NCBI GenBank assembly: GCA_047967505.1
Contig: CM106538.1
Reading direction: 5' to 3' (one strand)
Length of the DNA stretch: 64,000 nt
Source of the DNA: Dipteris shenzhenensis
Taxonomy: Eukaryota
In this document: piece by piece, positions 51,101 to 62,414 of the stretch
Position numbering within the stretch: the stretch's first letter is position 1
Layout: each line of letters opens with the position of its first letter
The notes under the pieces: generated by a model
What the model saw: only the letters and a program-made list of their open reading frames with translations
What the model was told of the DNA's origin: nothing
The model's database searches: none
Position numbers and translations under genes: made by a program

Positions 51101-52300
51101 CGGGTGACAAGGGCAGCATGATCCTCTAAAAGGGGTATGAAGTCAATATAAGCGAGAAGTATGTACAGACGGCCAGAGTAAGGTGAGTGATCCCGATCAA
51201 AGCGTATATCGTGGTAGGTGGAGTAAGCCCTGAGTGGGGTGGAAGGTGCTGTGCGAAGGGAGGTGGAGATGGGAAAGGAAAGGTATGTGTGATCAGCCCC
51301 TGGGGGGAGAGGTGCTACAGTGAAGTCAGTAATGCGAGATGTGAAGACAGGGGATCCCATGATGTAATCAACACTGGAGCCCCCCCATGTGGAAAGCATG
51401 TGAAACCACCTGAAGCGGGCCATCTGTCAAGACCATTATAGATAATGAGATCATGTATTCTGCCCAGGTCTAATAGGGCCTGCCCATAGGATGAAAGTGG
51501 ACCTCGCCTGTCAGCCGAAACCCGTAGCATACCTGCCTCCTCAAGGTCAACATCTGCCAGTAGAGTGGAATCATCTCTGAAATCAAGAAGTGGTACCTGA
51601 TGGGTCCTTGTCCTCGCGTTGAAGTCCCCCACTAGAAGGACTTCTCCGCGGCTAGAAAAGTCAACGATGGACTGATAAAGGGCAGCAAATGGGGATGTCT
51701 CATCATCACCTCGAATATCTCTGGCAAAGTGGGAGGTCTCCGGGGAGAAGTAGCAAACTGCGACAAAGAGATCGTGGCTATCCATGTGTCGTATCCGGAT
51801 CCAAAGAAATCTGGAATGTGTATCTCTCTGCTCTATTGAAATGATCCCCCGAAGTGTGGATCTGAAAAGGACTGCAACTCCACCTGAACCTCGAACTCCT
51901 CCTGTACCCCTCGTCTCATCTCTGTAGGCAGACTCCCATGTATATCCGCTGACTATTGGGAGAGGGCGCTCTGGACTCTGATGTGTCTTCGTATAGAAGA
52001 CTATGTCGTGGCTTGTATAGGATTCCGAGAAGTTCCCTGGTCTTGACCATAAGGTACCATTACAGTTCCAAATGGTGTAGGACAGGGTCTCGGATATCTG
52101 AGTCTCATAGGCCCCGCTTCCCTATGTAGTGGAGGGGACAGGTGTGCTACGGGGGCCTGTAAGAAGTCGTCCCTCTCGTACCACTGCCCACTTCCCCTTC
52201 TTTCGGGCCTGACCCCGCTGCTGCAGCAAAGAGCGCCTCTCCTCAACATGTAGAGGTGTGAGATCCTCATCCATAGAGATCGCTGGCTGATCTCGAATAT
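48092..52300 (-). mobile_element. Near full-length RTE/RTEX-type LINE (APE endonuclease - RT - Cys/His C-terminus) with few disruptions
   Basis: GGVAVLF, VGDFNART, SSVDY, QAGFR, VDFRKAFDTVPR, GVKQGCPLSPTLF, LYVDD, HRLRIESGR...ETEEHFIF...YCEIR; (TTTC)n tail. Confidence 0.93.
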
Positions 52301-55300
52301 AATAATATTGGAGAACTCATTATAATATTGGAGAACTGATTGGAGAACTCATTATAATATTGGAGAACTGCTTTGAATGTTTCCTCCAATAAAAATTCTA
52401 AAAAACTGTATGTTCACAACATAAAGATTGATCTTAATTGGAAAGTTCTGAAAATTATTGTTTCCTAGGGACTTTGTGCCTCAATTTTAGTTTCTGTGTA
52501 AAGTATTAGAATTACAAATCCAGATAGTACGGCTGCCCAGCATTGCATAGCATCAACGCTTGTTGGGCCATCTTCAACCACTTATTTGGATTTAGCATCC
52601 ATAGATGTGGGGATCAGCTCACATACAGCCATACCAAATCTTTCTGAGTTTGCCATTTGCATACTCATATGGAGACTTGTATATTATGCCATTCATACAG
52701 TAATGCTATAGTGCCTCAAATTTTACATGACATTTCCCCTTGCAGAGATCGATGGTTTTGCCATTTTCAAACGAGTTCCTCTCGCTTCTGTTTTTTCGAA
52801 GGGGGGATAAGAATGTTTAATCAAACTTTGAGAGACAGACTCTGAGAAACAGAATACATCCCAGCTATCCATGAAATCACTATTTAGATTGTAGTCTTGA
52901 GGCTCCTTCCCTAGTGAACGTGTAGAAAATGCCTGGAGGCTAGAGTTTCGGAAGCATTCATCTTGCTTAAATGTCCTGGATCTTTTTTGACTTGGAGCAC
53001 AAGGTGTAGACATTGTCCACCAAGGAGGTGTTGATGGATTGCTGTCCCCACATCAGTAGGCTGCAATAGGCAATCCAGATGTGCGGATATTCTTCATCTA
53101 TGGCTTTCGGATTGGCCTAGAGGAAGCACCCACTTCCTAGAAGCCCCTAGTCCAATTTTGAGTGCACCCACTAGGCCCAAATGCTAGGGGTTGAGGGGTT
53201 TGAATGTTAGGCCCAAAAGAAACCAATGTTTCATTGGTTAGGAGGGTTAGGACTTTAATGTGAGGGGCAAAGCAATGTTTCATTGGTTTTGGTGGGCTAG
53301 AGCATTAATGAGGGGGCCACATGGCAGCCTCTCATGCATGCCCACCTACCCCTTCCTCTCCTTCCACGCTTGATTTGATGAAGGTACGGGATTTTGACGT
53401 TTCTTTTTGGCTTGCTCCTCTCTCACGCATCCCAAGGTCATTTTTCTCCATATTTCTCTCTAAGGTTGCTTCCCAAGGCTTCCGCACGGCTGTACGAAAG
53501 CAATAAATACCTGCTGTACATGCATAATTACCTGCTGTATGGACTGTTTCCAGCTGTACGGATCGTTGATTGCAAGTCTGCACACACCCCGAGGCAGCTG
53601 CCCGCATCTTGAGGTGGTATTTGCAGCTGTCTTGCTGATTGCACGCCTCCCAAGCTCGTTTTTGCTGGTGTTTGGTGATTGGCTGGAAGTCATTTCTACA
53701 CCCTTGGGGGCCTGGACAGAAAAAGAAAGAAAGAAAGATATATTAACGTCTGCGGGAGGCCTTGCGGGCCTATGGGACAAAGTACGGAATCAAGTAGCTC
53801 ATACAGACCACTGTGGGCCGGGGAAAAGGGCTCTGAAACCAGCCTCAATAAGGTAAAGGGTGGTAGGATCCACGTAAATACAGCATATACAGTAAATAGA
53901 CAAATAAATTTGCACCACACCACAAATCACAGGGGAGCTGTAGCGCTCCTACTCAAAAACAAAGACACCGATTGGCCCCAAACACTGGCGCCCCTTGCAG
54001 TATTTATTTAACATTTATTTGAAGCCAAGAGGCTGATTACAAAGGTCTTTGGGAAGGTTCTCCACAGGCAAACCAACGCCCTGAGACTTCCCGTCTAGCC
54101 CACCCTGTAATTCCCTGCTCAACTTCAAACAGTGAACGGCATCCAATCCCTAGGCAATCCTGTATCCTCAGCCAACCAAAGCATGCAACAGAGACCCCAA
54201 TAGCATCCACTGTTTGAACCACTCCTGCAATCGCACTTCCAAGTGCCCAACCAGCCAACATGGCTGAACAACTGCAAGACAAAGTCCTCAACAGTTGAAC
54301 TCTGGTGCAATCAAACAACCAAACACTTCCCAGCGGGTTGCCACAGTCTATAGCCTCCCTGGCCATTGCCTAACAGCATAAATCAACCCTTCTTCGCGAT
54401 GAAAGAAACCCAAACGCAATAACTAGTCGGCAACCAACCTGGGAACAGCAAAAGCAGGCAAAGACAAGCCCTCTTCTACCTAGAGTCCACAGAAGAAAGG
54501 TCACCCTGGCTAGAAAACCCAAGATCCTGCGGAGATAAGCTGATTCTGCCCTGGCACAGCCCCAACAACAGCCTAGAAGCCAACACCCACACCTCGAAAG
54601 TTGCCTAAGTCAGCTAGCACAGCCTGGAAGCCACCAGAATCTTCTGGGACAGCCTGGAAAATGAATCACAATTTTCCTACATAGCCTAGATAGCCCAGAA
54701 AAGAAATCACAAATTCCCTTGCATAGCCTGAACAGCCTGGAAACCCTTGAAAAGAAATCGCAATTCCTGTAGCAGCCCGGAAATACCTGGAAACAGTACC
54801 AGAACAGGACGCAGTTACCTGGCACAGCCCGAAAGACCTAGAAACTGGATCGCAATTTGCAGCAGACACCCCTGGCAGAAATCGCAATCTGGTAGAGGCC
54901 CTGGATCTATGCGTTTTCCTCTGGCAGGTCCTGGATGTGTTGGTACAGGCCTTGACTGGTGACGTTTTCCTCTGGTAGGCTCCTGAAGAGCATGGGAATC
55001 TGCGATTTTTGCTATAGCAGCTCCTGGCAGGCTTTGGCAGGTCACAACTGATGATTTGGCTCCTTCTGAAATTGATTTGACCAACTCAACTCAAAATAAG
55101 AGCACTGGGCCTCTTTTGTAGTCCTGTGCTAAAAATAGCAGTTTTTAATTGCACCACTCTTTTGGCCCCCCTGTTGCACACTTTGGCCCTAGGAATTAAT
55201 TGCCTAGTAACTGGGCGCACATTTAGTATTTCCAAGGGCCCACCAGGAATTTTAATTCCCCAAGTTCCGCCCCATGGCCGGACCCTCGCGTCCCATACAG

Positions 55301-55349
55301 TCACGCGCAAATTACGGGAGTCGCAAATCAAAAGTCCCATAATTTCACA

Positions 55350-55764
55350 TCCTCGTGATAGCTCTCACGTCGTGTACGGTCTCTGTGTCCCTCGTCTGGC
55401 AGTGCTGTGTCAGTTGCCTCCACTGATCCATATATCTCTCACGTCGACTAACTCCTACTTTGTCCCAGAGTGCCCTGGGGCCGAGTGAAATGCATAGAAA
55501 TCTGTGACCTGTCTCTGCGCTCGGTCTACCTCAGTGCCCTGTGGTGCGGTGGTCCCATCCTCTTGCTCTTTGATATGTCGTAGTAGTATCTCCTTGTGTC
55601 GTCGCATCTCCATCAAGTAGAGCCCAATGCAGACCTGGTCCTGGAAGTGGATCAGTCGTGAGAGTGGGCCAAAGCCGTATCCCTCTTGAAAAAGGTAGTG
55701 GTAGCGCCCTCGGATCTCATAGTAGGCTAGGCAGACACACAGAAGGTGCTCCTCTGTCTCGAGA
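55350..55764 (-). mobile_element. RTE/RTEX-type LINE C-terminal fragment
   Basis: LETEEHLLCVCLAYYEIRGRYHYLFQEGYG...DQVCIGLYL is homologous to the 48700-48880 C-terminus. Confidence 0.78.
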
Positions 55765-56569
55765 GGTAGTCGATAATGCGAGCGACAAAAACCGAGCGAG
55801 GTAAGAAAAGCGAGCAGCGAAAACCAAGAGAGTACACTTTACATAGTTAAAGTCATGATTCCAACATGCAATTGAAAACATGATGTTGCATGCCTATCCT
55901 ATCCTATCCTATCAAGTAACACATTTAACATGGTCCATCTAAGAAATACATGGTCCATTAACAAATTAAACATTAATGTTTTGACTGGAAGGACATTAAG
56001 ATAAGTAGTGATGTTGTATGTGAAGTCATGCAAAAAGGAAAAAATAATAAAATAAAGCAAGCATTTGCCTTCTTGCAAATGGGAAAATAATAGTCCCATC
56101 ATCACCAGCCCCATGTGGCTATATTGTACCCCAAGTGTTCCTTTATGACTTTGTTCCATGGAGGGATCCCAACATTCCCCTCCATCTTAAAACTATTTAG
56201 GAAGACAAACAATCCACCCAAAAAATTTGCAAGAACGATCTTATTGGACCTCTATGAAACAAAGGCTTAAAGTTGAAATAGGCTATATCCATTTCGTTCC
56301 ACCGAGCATCATTTTTACATTCATAGTGGCCATATGGGCGTCATTTTTACTTTCATAGTGGCCATATAGTATTTACAACTACAGCCATTCACCCTTCAAA
56401 ATTTTTCTATCCAATTTATACAAGAGGAAAAAAGGATGCATTATAGAACATTATTTGGATGTTGACTTCTGTCCTTCAAGCATGGTGATGGAACTCCATG
56501 AAACAAATTGAAGACAAGAAAAAACCTAGAAAGATTGATCACGAACTATGCTATCCGCGAGAAATGATT

Positions 56570-59346
56570 ATACCTTGGTCTTGGCCAATGCTTTCCTGAC
56601 GTTCTTTATCAACACGAGCTGGAATCTCTACAACAACTGTGCAAGTAAATCGAATCAGTCAATCCGCAACCAAAAATACTCTCCATAACAATTGAACAAA
56701 TTTATCAAAATGATTTAATAAACACCTTCTTCATCTTGGGGTGGAACATCCTTCGGTGGTGGCACAGAAGTTGTAGCCTTTTGACTCCCCTTGTCTGTCT
56801 TGCTTGTGGCCTTATCTTCACTTTTCTTGCTTGTAGAATATTGTGTGAAGAGATGTCTCTCTCTTGTTAAAACTTGACCATCGGTGAAGTCAATCCACCA
56901 AGGGCAGTGTGCAAGTTCCCATTGAGACAATGCATGCATGGTTCCTGGGTACATGCAACTTGTTGGGTTCCCAATCTCCAACCACCCTTTGCACTGTCTA
57001 GGCAAATCAGTCAATTTTCCTTCTTGCACCAAGTGGGAGAGATACCTTAAAGACATACAGTTTAATGTTGTGTCAAAGCTCTTAGAAAGATACTGCAAGG
57101 TAACCCTAAACCACCCTTTGCACTGCCTAGGGAGATCTTTCAATTTTCCTTCTTGCACCAAGTGGGAGAGATACCATAAAGATTGTATGACATACAATTC
57201 AAAGTGCTCACAAAGATAATGCAACATAACAAAATAATTCAAAACTACACCTAAAAACCACACACTGCGCTGCTTGATCAAGCTCTGTTGCCTTCCTCTG
57301 TGCTCCTCCATCTCCTCTTCTCCCACTCTTGAGCTCAGCCTTGCCATCCTTGGATCTCAAGGAAGCAAACATATGCTTTCGTCCCTCCAACTTAATGTCC
57401 TCTATATATCGTTGTAGTGTATAATCTTCCGGCAAATCAAGTGGCTGGGTCATTGCACAAAGTGCACATAAATCCTCCAAAATTGGATCTCCACTTTCTC
57501 AAGGAATGTCTCCTTTGTTAACCACCTACTTGGAAACAAATCAAACTAGCACATCAAAGAAAGAAATCCAACTAAGCACATACCATCTTGGGAAAATATA
57601 GGATAGGCATGAAACACTTACCCTCTATACTCATTATCTCCTTCAGGCATAAAATACATCTCCCTCATCCTCTTGTTGGCATCGAGAAGTGATAGCAACA
57701 TGAGTCTCTTCTCATTTCTTAACTCCGCATTAGCAAGATACTTTAGCTTGGATAAGGTAACAATAGAATCATGACTTTCAAAGCGCAATGAAAAAACCTT
57801 TTTCTTCCACACATCACCAAGTTTAGGATCAAGGATGTTGAGCACCTAGGATGATTCAGCATAAGCAAAAAGATAAGATACTTTTAATGTAAGCAAAAAG
57901 ATAAGATACTTCACATTAAAAGCCATCAATAGCATTCAAGAAAAAGATGGTCACATACCATTTCCATTTTATCCGAGTACTTTTTGTGAATTCTTGTACG
58001 CTCTTTGCGCTCAGCCTCTGCCCTCCTCTCTTCAGAATCTGTCTTTCCCACATGTTCTATTGCTTGCGTAAGGTCTCCAGCGTATTCAACCTACGAAATC
58101 AAGACCCTTGAGAAATAGTGAATGGATACAATTAAAAATGCTAATCTTGCTAAATGAAAAGAATGAATACAATGAGAAATGTGAATACAATAAAAATGAG
58201 CACACCTGAAACACCAAACGTGCAAGATATCCTCTTGTCAAAGGGTACCATTGTTTTTTCCCTTTTGAATCCCTTGTCCTTGCTTTTTCAATGACTACAC
58301 ATTGTTCACTAGTCAAAGTCCCAGACTCTCTAAATGAAAGTCACTGTCTGAAAGATGGTTTCAATCTGTAGTGGTATCATGGCGAACTCTGCATGTACTA
58401 TCTTATGTGGGTCTGAGGGCTTGCTCTTGTAATGAAGGGGAAAAAGAGGCCAGGTTAGAGGCCCTTTATGTGGAATATGTGGAGGGACTATATAAGTCTC
58501 CATCCACCCCCTACTATGTACTTTTGGATGTGACATCTAATCCTATCTACTCTCCCTTTCTCCTTCCTGCCTACGCTCACTCACTCTCTCTCTCTCTTCC
58601 CTACTCCCTCTCCATCTCTCCCTCTCTTTCCTACCTCATTCTCTCTCTCTACCCTTTCCTCTCCTTCTTCCCCTTTCTCTCTCTCTCTCTTCAGCTCCTC
58701 TATCCCCCTTTCTCCAAATCTGTCCCTACCCCTTCACTACATTGGTATCAGAGCCCAAGCTCTTGGCACCTGACCCTCGCTGAGTCTTGCTATCAATCGT
58801 AGTTTGCCAACGCTTCAGGCTATAAAACATCTTCTTACAGATAAACTGCCACTCTTTTTTACTTGCAAGCTCCTTTTCAAATTCACCTTCAACTTCTCTC
58901 CACAATGGTGTCCATGTTTCTCTGACTTCATTTGTGACTTTTGTTTCCTCCCCATTTGAAGTGCAAAGAGAAACAATGAAAGCCTCTTTTTCAGGTAAGT
59001 AACCTTCATATTGAAAAGCACTTCTAAGTGTTGCCACATCAGACCTCAGACCACGTACACGAGCATATGGAATCATCCTACACAATGGTATTCGTAGACA
59101 CTCATCAGAGCCAAGGAGTCTGCATCTGCCAATGACATCACCTCCTCTTGCCATCTCCACCTCCATTTCTACCATACCTTGAATTGCAACACTATCCACT
59201 TCAAGAACCTCTCTTTCGTTCCCTACATTGTCATGGACAGATCCCTCACTTAGGTGGCACTCTCTTTTCCTTCTTTGTGCCCTTGCAGTAGTGGCAAGAG
59301 GAGGCTTTTTGTTTTCACAAAGTTTCAAAACCCTCTTCTTGACCAT
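56570..59346 (-). pseudogene. Multi-exon accessory gene, possibly with a ParB/Srx-like N-terminal domain; disrupted
   Basis: IPLCRMIPYARVRGLRSDVATLRSAFQYEGYLPEKEAFIVS...W..LW...F...KMFY; further exon-like blocks (KQWYPLTRGYLARLVFQ; LNILDPKLGDVWKKK; LSQWELAHCPWW) between GT-AG introns; LTR stub, stops and a 129-bp tandem duplication. Confidence 0.6.
58367..58793 (+). mobile_element. LTR plus PBS stub inside the accessory gene
   Basis: TGTAGTG...CACTACA (58367-58741), TGGTATCAGAGC at 58743, CAATC on both sides. Confidence 0.82.
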
Positions 59347-59548
59347 GATTCCAAGACTGAAATCAACCAATAACAAAAAGCAATCCATGATGAAAAAACA
59401 ATCAATCCGTTATTTTTCAAGCATTTGCTATATCAAGGCAGGCCAAAATTCACCTTTTTGCTCAAGCCCCAACAAATGGCTCCAAGAGTAAGCACGAGCA
59501 CAACACTAATATGCCCTCCTAAATCTGCACGAGGAACAACCTTTTGCA

Positions 59549-60276
59549 CAGCGTATTAATACGCTGAGCTAAAACCTGCAAATTGCCTTGTTTAATGACA
59601 TCTGAAATCTTGCCTTCCTCAAGCGCAAATCTGGAATTTTCATAATGTTTGGAACTGCGCATTAATACGCTGTGTTCTGGCCAACAAATCATTGCCTAAA
59701 ACACATCATTCTTGCCAACAAATCACCTCAATGGAGAATTGATAAAAGGCAAACTATAAAATCTTTGTAGCATGTTAAAATGGTAGAACATTTGGAAAAA
59801 AGCAAGATTAAAAGGTTTTCAACCATGTATTAATACGCGTGCTCTACCAATGAAAAAATGCGTTTAGAGCTTGCCTGAAAGGCCTTCATTCCAAACTTGT
59901 TACAATGGTACTTGATTTTATCTCCACGGCTCTAGTTGAGTTGGAGACAAAGATTTGATCAAAAAGCTTTGTGATCTGTGAGGAAGTGGCAATTCAAAGA
60001 GTGATTTAATTAAAGAGGAAGCGATAATTCAAACTAAGAGGAAGTGATAATTCAAGCATAAACTACTTCCTCACATGCAAGGAAGTCATTTCAGCTTGCT
60101 TTGATACGAGAGTTTGGCACCGCGTATTAATACGCGGTGCTCAAGCCATGAAAAGGCGAAGATATATGTCGGCTCCATGGATAAAGAGCTTGTAGAGAAG
60201 GCACTTTGGCACTTTGGCACTTTGTAGAGAAGAGCTTATATAATACACTTTGGCACCGCGTATTAATACGGGGTGC
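59549..60276. promoter_or_regulatory. Five copies of the palindromic GCGTATTAATACGC core, three intact and two degenerate (function unknown)
   Basis: 59549-59566 (18 bp perfect), ~59657, ~59826, 60117-60140 (24 bp perfect), 60253-60276. Confidence 0.5.
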
Positions 60277-61479
60277 TCAAGCCATGAAAGTAAGCTGCCT
60301 TCCTTTGCATCCCGGTAAAGCTTGAGGGTCTGCACGCAATCTGCAAGGCAAAGACTTGAAGAAGCTTGTCTTCTATGAGTAGAAAGTACTCCACGACCCG
60401 CTCACTAACAAAGGACAGCTCAAAGCTTGGCCATCTCCAATGAGCTATGGAAAGAGAGAGAAAGCTCGACTAGAGATAGAGCTTGAGCTCGAAAGGAGGA
60501 GTAGAGTGAAGGGCAGAGGTATTCTAACGGCACAAGGAAGGAGTAGAGTGAATGAGGAGAAAGTAGGAAAGGCGCAAGGAGCGCAAAACCGAAACGGCGA
60601 AACAATATGAAGCTCAAAACATTATGAACACAAACATTATGAAGCTCAAAAGTCTTGAAGGTTTTGACCTTGCCAACCGGCGACACCAACATGACGGAGA
60701 AATCCTTTACCAAATGTAAATCCTTTACAAGAAGGTCGGAGAAATCCTTTACCAAATGTAAAACCGAATGCTAGAGCAGGCACGACACAATACCAGTAGC
60801 TTCACAAAGTAGAAGCCAAGCAGGAGCCACCGAACTGAGATCAAGTGCCCAAAAAATCAGGAGAACAAATGTAGAGACGGCGAACAATGAGCAAGAGAGT
60901 ATAAAACGAGCAATAGAGTGAAGAGCTAAACAAAAGAGTCTAAGCAAGAAGGGAAGGCCATGAGGCGCTGACGATGAAGGGTCGAAGAAGATAAATATGC
61001 TTTTGCAATCAAGCTGGTCGTCGACCAAACAGGAAGAGCACTTGCTTATGAAGAGCAAGCAAAGTATGGGAGAATTGCTTAAGCTTGGAGCATGAAGGAA
61101 CCAACGTGAAAGCGTCGTGACACCCATGAGTACCTGAGCTTCTTGAAGCAACAAGAGTTGGAACTGGGTGGAGGGAAAATATGTAAGGAGTTCTGGGAAG
61201 TGTGTGCCGTGAATTGCAAGCTACGAAAAAATGTAAGGAGGAAGAGCACGGCACGCTACGAAAAGTAGTGATTTGGAAGAGAGACGACAGAAATTAGGAT
61301 GAGAAATTTGCAACAGAATTTAGGATAAGAAAACAACGTGAGTTTACTAGTCATGGACCTGCACCACAGATTTAACTTCGTCGGAACTCCTTGGCAGGAG
61401 GAAAAAGGAGGAGGGGGAAGGGGAGAAGAGCGACGATGCTTGAGAGCAAGCTTGAAGCAAAGCCTGAAGTGAAGATGGA

Positions 61480-61600
61480 ACTGACAGTTTCATTGAACGT
61501 CAGTTTTCAGCATTGAACGTCAGTTTTCATTGAGTTAGGAGCGTCAGATTTTCATGAAAACTGACAGATGGAGCGTCAGTTTTCATGAAAACTGACAGAC
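61480..61600. promoter_or_regulatory. Cluster of GTCAGTTTTCA half-sites and the GTCAGTTTTCATGAAAACTGAC palindrome (function unknown)
   Basis: Perfect 22-bp palindrome at 61575-61596, a near-perfect copy at ~61543 and three upstream half-sites. Confidence 0.45.
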
Positions 61601-62414
61601 GGCAGCCGCTTTAGATTATCGGTAGCACTCGGTTAGTTCTTCCAGTTAGGCAGAACACTCGGTTAGGCATTATTATTAGCATGAAGTTAGAATTAGCTTG
61701 ATGGAAAGCTAGATCATTATCATGATAGTTAGAAGGAGGTTAGAAGTTAGCGTGAAGTTAGAAGATCATAGTTTTGTTGATGGATAGTTACAAGATCATA
61801 AAAATGAAGTTAGAAGTTGGCATGATAATAGAAGTTAACATGAAGTTAGTCGTTCACACTCTCGAGCTTCAATATCGACATCATCAGTTGGTAGCTCATT
61901 GCATGAGTTGTAGGTTGCCTCCAAAGTGGCATGAAGAAAAGGAGTGGTGGGCAGAGATTCACACAATTAATACGTATCTGGCAATGTGCACCATCTACTG
62001 GTCCGTTTTTTTGGACTGTTCTCCTACTAATAAATATAGCGCATCATGTACAAGTTCACAGAATAAATTCATATCCACCTTTGCAATATAAAAATAATAT
62101 CAATTTAAAATTCTAAATTCAAGATTAACACACGTATGCATCCTTGTCACCTTTCTCCACTTCTCGTCACCTTCTACTAGTAGCTTTGCAATTCTCAAAG
62201 CTCTCCATTTCTTGACACCTTCTATTGGTTTTGCAATTCTCCAAGGCCTCCCCTTCTCGTCACCTTCTACTGGCTTTGCACTTATGTTCTTCTATCTAAG
62301 ACAATAGAATGGCACCTCAAACTATTCTACTGAAATATTTGCAATCTCAAACACTTGCTATTAGATATGATACTGAGTTTTGTGAGGTTGCATTAACAGA
62401 CATTAAGGACCATT

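Noticed and set aside
52297-52350. Short repeated ATAATATTGGAGAACT units as the TSD of the minus-strand LINE
   Set aside because: Only a loose match to TATAGGAGAA at the 3' flank; cannot be called confidently.
53340-55349. Probable LTR-retrotransposon non-coding region with CAGCCTGGAA-type repeats
   Set aside because: No coding motif, PBS or TSD could be identified to define an element.
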